A stretch of DNA of 62,994 nt, the filler included, from Rhabdomonas costata (taxonomy: Eukaryota), in the NCBI GenBank assembly GCA_019059605.1. It is 36 parts of 36 records of this genome, joined end to end, with 100 filler letters (N's around TTAATTAATTAA, not from the genome) between each part and the next. Parts side by side here need not be neighbours in the genome. Positions count along the whole stretch, not along the records: positions 1 to 1,654 come from JAHMHO010011234.1; positions 1,755 to 3,407 come from JAHMHO010011235.1; positions 3,508 to 5,158 come from JAHMHO010011236.1; positions 5,259 to 6,911 come from JAHMHO010011237.1; positions 7,012 to 8,664 come from JAHMHO010011238.1; positions 8,765 to 10,417 come from JAHMHO010011239.1; positions 10,518 to 12,169 come from JAHMHO010011240.1; 29 more parts are not named here. The stretch is one strand, 5' to 3'. Within the stretch, counting starts at the first letter, position 1; every line of letters begins with the position of its first letter. Shown here piece after piece: positions 1 to 11,330 of this stretch. The notes under the pieces are model-generated. The model was not told the origin of the DNA. It ran no database searches and was given only the letters and a program-made list of their open reading frames with translations. A program made the translations under genes and the position numbers.

Positions 1-5
1 TGTGG

Positions 6-218
6 GTTGTCACTCCGGAGGAGAAAGACCAGAGGCCGACTAGAGATCCAAGCGATCCTCACGCACCACCACACCATACAACCCACAGCCCAGAGTGCTC
101 GCGGTTGGTTCAAGAGACCAAGCATGTCATCTGGGCTGTGGGTTGTATGGTGTGGTGGTGCGTGAGGATCGCTTGGATCTCTAGTCGGCCTCTGGTCTTT
201 CTCCTCCGGAGTGACAAC
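6..218. repeat. Perfect 89-bp inverted repeat (arms 6-94 and 130-218, 35-nt loop) at a contig start
   Basis: gttgtcactccggag...cagcccaga is the exact reverse complement of tctgggctg...ctccggagtgacaac. Confidence 0.92.
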
Positions 219-573
219 TTCACTATTCTGCAGTAGGGCAATGGGAAATTCGAAGGACGAAGGACTATATATGGCTCTTGTGCAGCAGTGCGGAGCGGGG
301 GGTGGGGGCGCCCGGTCCCAGTGGGTCGAACAAATGCGTTTGCAGGAGGGTTAGAAGGATGACACTTTATTGCTGATTCCAGAATACTTGCGAATATGTT
401 CCTCTCCGCGGTCCAACATCCCCGGGGTTCATCGCAGGGACCGCCGCACTCCATAGGCTGATTGAATATTATTTTGCTTTGGTCGATCACCATTAGTGCC
501 GGTTGCCCTTATACGTCGGCTGTCTGCCCTCATCTCGCTTATTGGCATGCCTCGCGCCCTCTTTCATTTGCAC

Positions 574-1505
574 AGAGTGCTCTCCGCTCAACCCGCCGAG
601 CCCCACACCCGTGCGGGTGCGGCGCACGTTCTGCTGGGACGGATTGCCCTGCGGGGTGGTACCAGAGTAGCCGTCCTGCGGCTGTGCCCGCAGCCGTCGG
701 GGCTGCTCCTTGCCGAGCTGCTGGAGGTGGACTGGGACCTCGAGGCAGGGGCGGGCGGTGTGCTTCCCCCTTCTAACCTGTTAAAACTTCATAGTGACGC
801 TATACGATTGTGTGGTGCACCGCACCCCAAAAACGAAGCAGCGAGGGCTCACCTCGCCTGATGCTTTCTTCTTTTGTTTTCTTCCCCTTTGTTTCCAGTT
901 TGCAACTCACCGGTAGCGCGCAGGTCACCTCTGTTGTCCCCCGACCCCACGACTACAAAGTACCATTCACGTTGTCTTTTGAGCAGCTTTGGTTGTGCAC
1001 GGGACGGAATGTGTGAATTGTTCAACAGTTTGCTGCCAGTCGTTTGGGCGGAGGGCTTTTGCTGCTCAGGCAGCAGTGCAAGTTTGCTCTCTCTCTCTCT
1101 CTCTCTCTCTCTGCGCGCGAACTCTCTGCAGACAAAAGGCTGCAGGGCTGTGTGGTGGTGAGCCTTCTGATGACTCTGTAGGTCTCACCCACTTTCTAAT
1201 CCCGGCCGGATTGGCAACCTATCTCAAACCTCCTCCAGCGTTTTTGGGCGACACTGGCAGTGGTATGTTGCCGCTGCTCCATTGCACCTCTGCTTCTGCA
1301 GTGCAGGTTTGGTCTCGGATCGGCTTTGATGCGTGCAGGTGATGACCTGGGGTGGGTGGAGTGCGTGCTGCGTGGGGTCACCGACGCGGTTTTGGCATGG
1401 GACCATCAACTTCTGGTGCGCGGTGCCAGCGCGGAAGCCGCCAGGCTGTTCGGCTACAGCACTCCAGAAGTCATGCTGCACCACCACTTGGATGACTTCC
1501 TCCAG
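574..1505 (+). CDS. PAS-domain signalling protein, partial (exons about 574-757 and 1339-1505)
   Basis: AG/GT-bounded exon 1339-1505 reads DDLGWVECVLRGVTDAVLAWDHQLLVRGASAEAARLFGYSTPEVMLHHHLDDFLQ (PAS signature DAV...AARLFGY); upstream exon is phase-1 compatible but less certain. Confidence 0.7.
1087..1112. repeat. (CT)n microsatellite
   Basis: Seen directly. Confidence 0.9.
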
Positions 1506-1654
1506 GTCGAAATCATGAAGTGCACAGCCAGTGTCCGTTCGCAAAAGATGCAATTCGTGACGTAATCCTTCTTGACATTTCCAGATTGTGTTGGATGCAT
1601 TCAGCATAGTCAGCGTACGTGGTACATGGTTTATACATCAGCGGCACCCAACAA

Positions 1655-1754
1655 NNNNNNNNNNNNNNNNNNNNNNNNNNNNNNNNNNNNNNNNNNNNTT
1701 AATTAATTAANNNNNNNNNNNNNNNNNNNNNNNNNNNNNNNNNNNNNNNNNNNN
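1655..1754. other. Artificial contig-joining linker N44-TTAATTAATTAA-N44 (first of 35 copies, about every 1753 nt; last at 61246-61345)
   Basis: Identical 100-nt spacer with stops in all six frames separates 36 unrelated contigs of about 1.65 kb. Confidence 0.99.
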
Positions 1755-2593
1755 TTTGTGGGGGGTGTGGGTGGTGGGGTGGGGTTCAACAAAGAGAAAC
1801 AGACTGTGTGTAGATGAACACAAGCTCTGGGGATGAAAAGAAAAAAACCGAGATCGCCTCACTACCCTATCCTCCTCTCTTCCAGACCTTACTCCCTCCA
1901 CCATTCGCACGTGCGAACGGTATCGCCATCCTTACGCAAGGGGATTACTGAGAGAGCATTCCTCCTCCAAAACGTCTCACTTTCCCTCTGGTCACCTCAC
2001 GTTCTCTCTCTCCGGCTGGCGGTTCGGTCGTCTCCTGCGAGCTTTAGCTCAGCGGGGCGGCGCGGGTGACAGACGCCTTCGAGCGTGCCTCGGGGCTCTT
2101 GGGGTGGATCTCCGGGGAGGTCGGGACATCAGTGACGTTGTGAAAGATCTTCGCAAGGGCAGAGAAAAAGGTGACAGCAACGTGACTTCATCTTCATCTC
2201 ACGCAATCCAACAGGGGGAGGGGCGAAAAATGCAAAAGAAAAAAGTGCGACGCAGGCCAAAAATTTCCGATTTTCTCTGGAATATCTTTTGACCTTTAGA
2301 AGGCAAAGATGAGTGAAAACTGGACGCTCATGTTCGTTACTAATCAGTCCATGCAGCGAATTCGAGGCAGTTGCCAACAAAGGCAAACCAGAGTCCGTGG
2401 CTTCGCGCAAGCCCGTGAGGGGAAAAGTCGCGTGAGCATTCTCTCAGCACAGCCAACCCCCAACACACAGCGAGAAATTATCGGGAGGCTTCGCCGATGC
2501 TGAAAAAAGATAAACACAATGCACGTGGTACGTGGTACGGAATGGCTTAATCAGTGGGGCACAGGCACTCCACAGCCCCACCCCCAAAAAGGA

Positions 2594-2869
2594 CTACACG
2601 GGTACCTTCGCCGTGGCGTCCAGCGAGGGGTGGGCCATCAGCCCGCTCTGGTAGTTCGGCCAGCGCGCCATATTGGCGGGGTCGCAGTACCAGTCCTTGG
2701 TCTTCTGCAGGCCCTCCTCCCAGGACACCAGGGGCTTCCACCCCAGGCTGTGCAGCTTGGAGCTGTCGATGGAGTAGCGAGTGTCATTGAAGGCCCGGTC
2801 AGGGACGTACGTGATGTAAAACTCCTCCTGGCCCTCCTTGCCGAACATCCGAATGAGATCACGGATCAC
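2594..2869 (-). CDS. dTDP/UDP-glucose 4,6-dehydratase (RmlB/TGDS/RHM family), C-terminal exon
   Basis: Follows a ttttcag acceptor; ITYVPDRAFNDTRYSIDSSKLHSLGWKPLVSWEEGLQKTKDWY matches the DRxxND-RY...KL..LGW.P...EEGL..T..WY motif. Confidence 0.9.
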   Translation of the reverse strand: MIRDLIRMFGKEGQEEFYITYVPDRAFNDTRYSIDSSKLHSLGWKPLVSWEEGLQKTKDWYCDPANMARWPNYQSGLMAHPSLDATAKVPV

Positions 2870-3789
2870 CTGAAAAGGGATTTCGGTTTGAAATCCGGAA
2901 AAAAAAACGCATCACATCAGTGGGGAACCTGCGAAACAATGATGAGCGTGCAGAATCCACGTTTGTATGGTGTGGCTGCGTGGAGGGTGGGGTGCTCCCC
3001 CTGGTGGAGGAGCTGCATAGGCTGCGCCAGGCTGCCCTTGCACAGAGGTTCACTCACTCTTACGCACCGCTTTTCATCTTCAATTCATCTTCTCTATTAC
3101 TCTTCGGTGTGGCGCGGGGAGGTCCGCCCAACGAGCTCAACCAGCACCCACTTCTGCTTCCGCTCGGCTGCAATTTCGAGGGGGCGGGGCGTTGAATTTT
3201 AGAAGGAGAGGAATGAGGCAGCGCCCCCCAGATTCCCATGTACACTTCTATTTGAAGTTCCCAATCACCAACCCACTCGTCTGCCAAAGCCCTGCAAGAA
3301 ACAAATCAATCCATGAGAGGGTTCCTTTCTCAACGACGGCCGACAGTGTTTCTTTCTGTTGACCAGTTCACAAACAAACACAAACACACATACATGCACA
3401 CACACAANNNNNNNNNNNNNNNNNNNNNNNNNNNNNNNNNNNNNNNNNNNNTTAATTAATTAANNNNNNNNNNNNNNNNNNNNNNNNNNNNNNNNNNNNN
3501 NNNNNNNTGGTGGTAACGACGTAGTGGGAGGATCCGGAGATCCGAGGAGAGGGAGGGAGGGGATGAGGATAATAAGGGATAGGTTAATTAGAGGGTGGGT
3601 CGGGTGGTTTGCAGGATGTGCTAACGATGAGAGTAATTTGCTGACGTACAGAGAGTCTTCGCATTGCTCACGCGCAACCCCGAGACAACCGGACAACCCC
3701 GAGACACACGGCACCTTTTGATTGGTTTTCTGGCTGTCCCAGCTCCCTTGCTTTGTCTGGGGGGGGGGGGTAGAATTCCCTGCATGCAG

Positions 3790-4901
3790 TGCCGACATTC
3801 CAGTACTACTACAAGGAGCTGACCTACACCTACGTCGGCTCCAATCCAGGTGAGGATCTGAACAACATAAGAAGAAGGGATACCTTTTCTTTTAATGAAG
3901 AAGCAACACTTTGGAATATTCTCCAAATGCACGCTGCCCTCGCTGTTCGTGTCCCTGTGGCTTCGATCTGCCTGAGTCTTTCGGCTGCGATGTGTTGCAA
4001 CACCGTCCCCCAATCTGAGCAGCTGTGACTGGAAATAAAGAATCACTCAGTTCACGAGTTCCTTCTTGGTTGGCGGGTTGTCCCTGAACACCAAGCAGGT
4101 TGTGCTGTTGTTGAATGTCACTGATCCAAAGACACTTCCGGTTTCTTTCTCTGCCCCGACTTTTGCCGCAGAGAAGTTCCAGGTCTATTTGGCGAAGCTG
4201 GTGGAGAAGCGCCAGGAGGAGATTGGGCTGACTCTGTACCTTCAGCGCAACGCCCCGACTGATGCGACCCTTGCCGCGGGAGAGAAGGTCTCCGCTCATG
4301 CACACACCAGGAGCCATCAACTGTGAAAATAGGAAAGAAGGACCTTACCACGGAAAGTGGAACCCAGAATTCTATGATGCAAGAACCGACAACAAGCCGA
4401 GGAGGGCATCACCGTGAGGCTGCTTCACATGCACACTTCCACCTCAACAGTCATCACCCACGGATGCGCATAACGCTGGTACAAAGTCCATAGGACTTTC
4501 AAACCCGAGACAGCGGGCCTACATCAGCGTCAACACGCTCAACTGATTTCTTCAACAGATGGACACTCATCGATCTCCGCATCCTGTGAGTGCATTCTTT
4601 TAGTACAAGTGCGCTCTATGCTTCCTGCACTCTGCATCCGCAATGTTCTGATGGTGTTACGTAGAGACGCTCGCTTACTCAAATGGAACACTCACCCACG
4701 TTCCCCCGGCACAACTGTTTATCTTCCTTCTTTTCGGAGGGGCCTCAACATCTTTCAGCAGTTCCTTGCAGTGTGCTTGTGGATAAAGCCACCCCTCTTT
4801 TCGGATTGCTCCTATATGCTCTCCATGCACCGCTTCAGAGTGAGCTGGAGAACAACGCCTTCACTTTGGGCTTCGGATGGACTCCCCCGGAGGAGGGCGA
4901 G
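3790..4901 (+). CDS. Hypothetical protein, three in-phase exons (3790-3849, 4172-4287, 4839-4901)
   Basis: All AG/GT bounded and GC3-rich; splices to PTFQYYYKELTYTYVGSNPEKFQVYLAKLVEKRQEEIGLTLYLQRNAPTDATLAAGEKSELENNAFTLGFGWTPPEEGE; family not recognised. Confidence 0.65.
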
Positions 4902-4941
4902 GTACACCCTCCACACACACACACGCTACACGCGCACTGCA

Positions 4942-5140
4942 GGAGCAATGCAGGTAGCCGCTTGCAAAGAACAGCTGCGCGACAAAGGCCCGCTACCCGT
5001 GGGGCTCAAGGGAGGTTACCATACGTGGAACGTTCGGCGGTGGCACCGTTCGCTCCAACGGCACCTCTCGCGAGCACCCGTGGCAAACAGCGCGTGCGCC
5101 AGTCAGTCCACAGTGGTGACCAACAACCAAGCAACCATTC
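4942..5140 (+). repeat. Dispersed intronic repeat family A, copy 1
   Basis: Shares blocks (cagctgc.cgacaaaggcc, ttcgctccaacgg, ctcgcgagcacccgtggc, tccacag.ggt.accaaca) with the reverse complement of 15151-15367. Confidence 0.85.
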
Positions 5141-6480
5141 AACCAGGCCAAAACCCACNNNNNNNNNNNNNNNNNNNNNNNNNNNNNNNNNNNNNNNNNN
5201 NNTTAATTAATTAANNNNNNNNNNNNNNNNNNNNNNNNNNNNNNNNNNNNNNNNNNNNGTTGTTGTTGTTCTTGCAGTGTCGTTTTTTATGACGCGCTAC
5301 CTGCCGGGTTTTGCGCTTCTCCCCTCCATGCCTCCTCATATGGAGAATACTTTCACCTCCCAGAAGTGTGAGGTGCCGAAAACTTCCCAGCTGACGATGC
5401 GTGGTCCTTTTAGAGCAGTCCTGTTGTTGCAGAAGCTCCGGGTGTCTGGCTGCTTTTCCTCCTCAAGAGGAGTGCGGGTCCCTTCCATCGGGAGGGACAA
5501 TGCAGGAGATACGACGATTTAGAGATAGAAACTGCTCATAATCGGGGAGTCCACATGTGGCAGAGCCTCTGAGAAGTGCACCGGAAGTGCACCTGCGTCC
5601 TCAAACGCTTATGCTTGTGCCCATCGGATGTCCGTTTGCCCGACAAACCTCGAGCGAGAGGAATCAGATGTTGCCCAACGTCCGCTGCGGTATTCAACCC
5701 AAACCCAAGTCAACCCGAGGTCATCAGAGAGAGTGAGAGGCTGTTGCCCTGCCGCTGCGTGGCACCTGGCCTAGTACTTGCCCCATCTGCCCGTTGATGG
5801 TCGTATTGGTTTGGGTCGGCTGGCACCCATGCCTCCATCCTTTGCCGTGGGACCGGGGTACGCTGCTCCCTTCCGCTGGAATATGTTGCCTTCTGCTTGT
5901 CTGAGGACCGGGGGTGGGGGTGGGGCAACAAATGTTTTTGAGCGAACAACAGTGCGTTGTTTGCGAATTGAGGCATGCAAGTTATTTGTGCAGCTCCTGC
6001 TATCAAGCAATAAAATAACACGAATGACACAGATAGCCTATTTACGCATGCCAACCAAGATGAGCTTGAATTCCCTGTGCTCCCTTCAACCGCGCATTCA
6101 CTCTCTCATGTTGGTTTTTCTGCAGCGAGCTCCTCCCGCTTCTTTCTCTTTTGTGGTCCCCTGCCCTCCGGCGTCCCGAACTCTCGAGCTGTGCTGACAT
6201 TCCCCCTTTAGTTTTTTCCTTACTCTTTGTTTAACTGTATTTCCTCTTCCACTTCTTCCTCTTCTTCTTCCTGTCTTCTGAGGCGCACGTCAACCGCGAT
6301 GAACCGCTTTGGACAGCCTCACTCCCTTTCCACGATGGCTGGTCTGCCCGCACATGCCGTTTTCTCACAGGCTCCTCGAGGGCTTTCGGGAGGCCCCCAG
6401 GCCCACTCTCCGCAACCGCCAATCGCGGTGTGTGTGTGTCCTCCCGTGGTGAGAAAAAGATGAGTTGAGGGATTCTCACA

Positions 6481-6507
6481 AACGAACGAACGAACGAACG
6501 AACGAAC
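6481..6507. repeat. (AACG)n microsatellite
   Basis: Seen directly. Confidence 0.9.
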
Positions 6508-7018
6508 TGCTGCTTGATGAGACTCGTACCCCCTGTCCTCTCCAAGGCTGTAGCCCGCACACCTCGCTCTAATGCTAGCGCGGGACGCTCACGCCGGAGC
6601 AACTTAAAGAGATGGCTCCAGACTAAACGGCATTACTGCCCATGAGGCGACTACCGCGGACACACTGCACGGGAAACCCCCCTTCACTTGAAGGCTGCCC
6701 AGAAAATAACAGGAGATACCTGAAGAACGCAAAGTTAGTGACATGGCAGCGCAGGGTTCGAAATGCTTGAACTGTTTTGGATTAGACTGCGTTCCCCTCA
6801 AAACCGGTTTACTGTGTTTCGCACTGCTTTCCAAAAAAGATCAGTTTGATGCCTTGCCAATTCATGTTTCCTGTCTTTCTTTCGGATGTTATTGGACTCC
6901 TACACAAAACANNNNNNNNNNNNNNNNNNNNNNNNNNNNNNNNNNNNNNNNNNNNTTAATTAATTAANNNNNNNNNNNNNNNNNNNNNNNNNNNNNNNNN
7001 NNNNNNNNNNNTTTGTGG

Positions 7019-7171
7019 GGTGGATCCGCTGAGCGGGGTCTGCGCCACGGCTTGGCTGACCTCCGCCGGGCTGCGCACGCCATCGTGCCGCTGAGGCTTG
7101 TTGAGGAACACCAGGGAGATGCCGTTGTCGTCAAAGCGGGTGGCGACGGAGGCAACCTTTCCGGCGATGAC
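7019..7171 (-). CDS. von Willebrand factor A (vWA) domain protein, internal exon truncated by contig end
   Basis: After a ctcag acceptor: VIAGKVASVATRFDDNGISLVFLNKPQRHDGVRSPAEVSQAVAQTPLSGSTP, with the DxDGI..FLN and G.TP MIDAS-loop motifs. Confidence 0.75.
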
Positions 7172-7970
7172 CTGAGATATGCGGAACAATATCCGTGTCA
7201 AAGCGAAATGACCGGAAGCAAATGGTGTTTCTCGTGGGATTATTCATGATACACATTGCGCTCGAGCGTGAAATTCATTCTCGCATGAGGGAGGGGCTAA
7301 TTGAAAACTCCCTTTCGTGCTGGCGTGAGGTGTTGAAGAGCAGGTGGACCTCCTTCTCTAAGCAGTGGATGTGGAGTCGCAAGTTTCACGCCGCCTCATT
7401 GTGCCTTTTCCACTCTGTTTTGCTTCTACTGACGAATCCTTGTGCCTCCATTAAAGCCGCCGTACGCGTTTCACTGTTCTGCGTTTACTAAATGTGCTGT
7501 TTCCCACATCTGCGCTGCATGGGTATGGGGGCGTGGTGCATCTGTGTTGGGAGCGTCATCCTCATCTTAAAACACGTGCACCGCCGCGAAACAAAACAGC
7601 GTCATCTCGGGCACGGCCAACTAAACAGGGAGAGACCAAATAACTCTCCTAGGGAACATGCCCAAAGGCCCTCCCCCCGAATCTGGGTCAGTATGCAGCG
7701 CTCCCTGCAACACTCTGAGGGTTTCCCTCGACACCGTCTCCCTCCGCGCCAGGGCTTGCCTTAAAATGTCCGGCGACCCTCCAGAAATAATCCCCGCTCA
7801 TTAACTGTCTCATTAACTCCGCTGTCATCCCTAGATTCTGACGCCGTTCTTCTAAAACGAACACTTTTTTGTAGGTTCGTTTTTTGGTTGTGAAAATGCA
7901 AAAGAGTGTTGTGCCCTTCCTGCAATTGGGCCGAGCAGACAGCGGTGGCGGGAGGCAAAGGCACAAAGCT

Positions 7971-8395
7971 CGGAAGTACACCTGAAAGTTGAACCACAGT
8001 AGCTTTCGGTACGTTTCGGTACGTGGGGCACCATTCATGAGAGTGACACGTCCATTCCAATCCCAAAATGGCAAGCATCAAGAACTCAGAGCTTCAAGAA
8101 CTCAGCGCGGGAAATCGTGACGGGATGGATATGAGTGGAATCCAACAAACCGATTAACCGACTTAACTACACCCAGGACAAGCCACACCCTTCCGCACCA
8201 GGACATGAGGAGGTACACCAAAAAGTTGAACCACAGTGGCTTTTCGGTCGCTCATAGCGCACCGTTCACGAGAGTGACACTTCCCTTCGAATCCCAAGAT
8301 GATCACGAAGCAGCAAAAGACCCATTCGAAAGAGTTGCAACCAAGCATCAAATAGACAGCGCGAGGAAATAGTGACGGGATTGAAATGAATAAAA
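7971..8395 (+). repeat. Diverged tandem duplication of a 170-190 bp unit (about 7971-8140 and 8209-8395)
   Basis: Shared blocks aaagttgaaccacagt, gagagtgacac, aatcccaa, caagcatcaa, gaaat.gtgacgggat in the same order. Confidence 0.8.
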
Positions 8396-10559
8396 TTGTA
8401 CAAGCAACCTGGATCCTCCATGCAAAGTACTGTATGACAAACGCAGACTGACCGGCTTCATTTACGCCCAATATGAGCCACACCACCCGTCAGAGGTCGT
8501 AAGGAAGCAGGGAAGATGCCACGGGTGTTTGTAAGCCACCGAGCTTCAGATGTCTGCACCACGCGAAGGTTGCAGCACAGCCTTTCCCATCAAGATTGTC
8601 ACACTACCTTGAGCTCCTCCGACCTCGAGTCCAGCTGCATCGACCCCGAGTCGTCCCCCACAACNNNNNNNNNNNNNNNNNNNNNNNNNNNNNNNNNNNN
8701 NNNNNNNNTTAATTAATTAANNNNNNNNNNNNNNNNNNNNNNNNNNNNNNNNNNNNNNNNNNNNTGTGTTGTGTGCTCCGTTGGTTCCTATGTGTCTCCT
8801 GGAAGGTATGCTTTGTGCTTCTTGTTCTATGGATGTTCCTTATGCTCTAGATGTTGCCTCTGTGTATACTCTAAGCCACCGCATTTCTAAATCTGATACA
8901 TTTGCGCGTATTTATAACCCTGATGCTACTCATTCATCCACCTCACAGATTGTAGTTGAATTTCAGCTAATAATGCTTGATGGAGTAGTGAAGATGCATT
9001 TTGTGTCTCAGTAGTGGTGTTACAGGGCGTTAAATCTGGATTTACTGTGTGATGCATTTATGAGTGCATTGGTGTGATGGAAGTGGTGGAAGTTTATATG
9101 CTGACATTGATGCCTACATTGATGCTCACATTGATAGTTGTAATGGAGACGCTGTTATCGGAGTGGCGGGTGATGATTGTGACACAATTCATGACCACTA
9201 CATTGGATACACAGGATGACACTGATGTTGATGTTGGATGCAGATGTGGTGTTGGTGGTATGGGGTGTAGATGTGATGGATTTGATGGAAGTAAATGCCT
9301 TTATGATGGTAAGTTAAAAATAGAACTGGAAGGTGGCCGCTGACAACCATGTATGAAATAATGCTCTCGACGTTCACCGCACGTTGAGGGGTTGGGTAGC
9401 AGCGATGAAAGTGAGTTAAAATGAAGTGATTCTGAGTTTTTCATACTCCGCATGTCTCCACTCCTTCATCGTTCTATACCTAAGATTACTGAGGTTACTG
9501 GTGGTGCGGATACATTTTCACCTCATACTCAGGAATGTCGTTCTGTGACATGAATTGGTGCCAAGATGAACCCAAAATGCCATGAGACCACCTAGTATCT
9601 TCTGTGTGGCTTCGCCATGTCGGAGGCACGTAGAGAAGATATGCAAAATAAAGGAGTAAAACGGCAACAGAGTGGTGATGATGGAAAGTATAATAATATT
9701 CATAGACACACATCGTGACAGCAACAATGCGTTTATGTCACGGTAGCTGACATACACTAACCATAACTGAAGTAGAAATACAGACAATGTGGTTTCACAA
9801 CTTGGCAATGCGCTCCAAATCCCAACCACCACCTCACTTTAAGGCAGTAAAATAGACGCATAACATGATAACGTGAGACAATCAGCAGAGACACAATAAC
9901 AAACATACTGCAGCTAAAATGTGCAAATCTACACTCATTTGCAGTAGTAAATACTACGTAAAAATCAATACTCAACCAACCAGTTGAAAACGCATAGGTT
10001 AATAAGACCACCTCCGACTCCAAGGCAAAAATACAAAACCAAAAAACACCGGAAATAAAAGCTCATAAACAAACCAGAAGAACATAACACATATCAAGAT
10101 CCAAACCATCCAAGACAAGCTTAACCACACCGCAGAACCATAAGAAGACATATAAAAAACCATCGGCATACAGAACCCAAAGAACGCGTCGACAAAAGTT
10201 CCAACTTGTTAACACAACCACCAAATACAAACTCACCAACCCGGACCACAACGCAATAGGACACAACCAACCCGCCAAAGACCCAACTGAATTCCTAAGT
10301 ACACAAGTATGCAAAGCTGATGCCACAGAGGCATGCGCACATAAACCATATGCAGGAACCTAAATACATCACCGGAATTCACGAAACACAAATACAAGAT
10401 TTAGAAAAACCCCCCCCNNNNNNNNNNNNNNNNNNNNNNNNNNNNNNNNNNNNNNNNNNNNTTAATTAATTAANNNNNNNNNNNNNNNNNNNNNNNNNNN
10501 NNNNNNNNNNNNNNNNNGGGGGTGGTGCAACAAGGCCCGGAACAAGAAAAACAAGACCG

Positions 10560-11330
10560 CGATCTGGAGCAGCTGGGTAAGGTGCTCCTTGCACTCCGCG
10601 ACAGGCACCCGCTGCTTGGCCACCCGGTGAGCTTGTCCACAAAGGCCGCGGCGTCCTCCTCCTTCACAGCCCCAAAGGAGGACACCAGGAAGGGGATGAA
10701 GGTCAGCTTGTGCAGGGAGACCAAGGGGGCGTACTTGTTTTTCTTGTTCCGGGCCTTGTTGCGCCACCTCCGCCACCTCCCGGTGAAGACCGCTGCCGGT
10801 TGCACAGCCACATGCGTTTTCTCCTTGTTCAGCTGGAGGCCCAATCGTGAAAGAAATATCTCGAGGAGGGGCAGCAACCGGTTGAGAACTGAAAGCGGAC
10901 CAAAGATGGTACCGTCATCCAGGTACCAAGCCATCCAGGTTTGCGGTTTCACCATCGAGCGCTCTTTCACCCTCGGTGTTTGCCTTGTGCGCTGCTAGGG
11001 AGAAGAGCAGCGGGCCAAGCTCCCCTGTTGCACGCCACTCTCTCCCCGCAGGACGGCATCACAAAACAACCAGGTATGGGTCGTCAGTGACCACCGCGCC
11101 CAAGGATGCAGTGCAGGCACGTGCAGATGGGCTTGCTGTAAGATGGCTTCGCGGCTGACCGAGTTGAACGCGTTCTTCGTGTCGACCCGGAGAATGCCGT
11201 ACCCCTCAGGTCGACGCAGCCACTCGGTCGCCTTGTCACACGCACGAGAGATGAACAAGGCTGCGTCTTTGACGGCCACGCCCAGCTGAAGAGGCAAAAG
11301 CAACCGGGGGGCGTGGCAAAACGATTTTTG
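10560..11330 (-). mobile_element. Degenerate, internally deleted non-LTR retrotransposon of the CRE/SLACS type (RT core plus REL-endonuclease C-terminus)
   Basis: PLQLGVAV, VDTKNAFNSVSR, GVQQG/(frameshift)LGPLLFSLA, WYLDDGTIFG, LGLQLNKEKT, then directly KKNKY...FIPFLVSSFGA; at least two frameshifts. Confidence 0.88.

Noticed and set aside
6-218. 89-bp hairpin as a miRNA/siRNA precursor; the loop contains TTCAAGAGA, the common shRNA loop
   Set aside because: Perfect arms at the contig end are best explained as a WGA fold-back chimera; the 9-mer has only a 4-bp stem and is likely chance
10521-10768. 35-bp inverted repeat (10521-10555 and 10734-10768) as a TIR
   Set aside because: It copies internal LINE coding sequence at the contig end, consistent with a template-switch artefact
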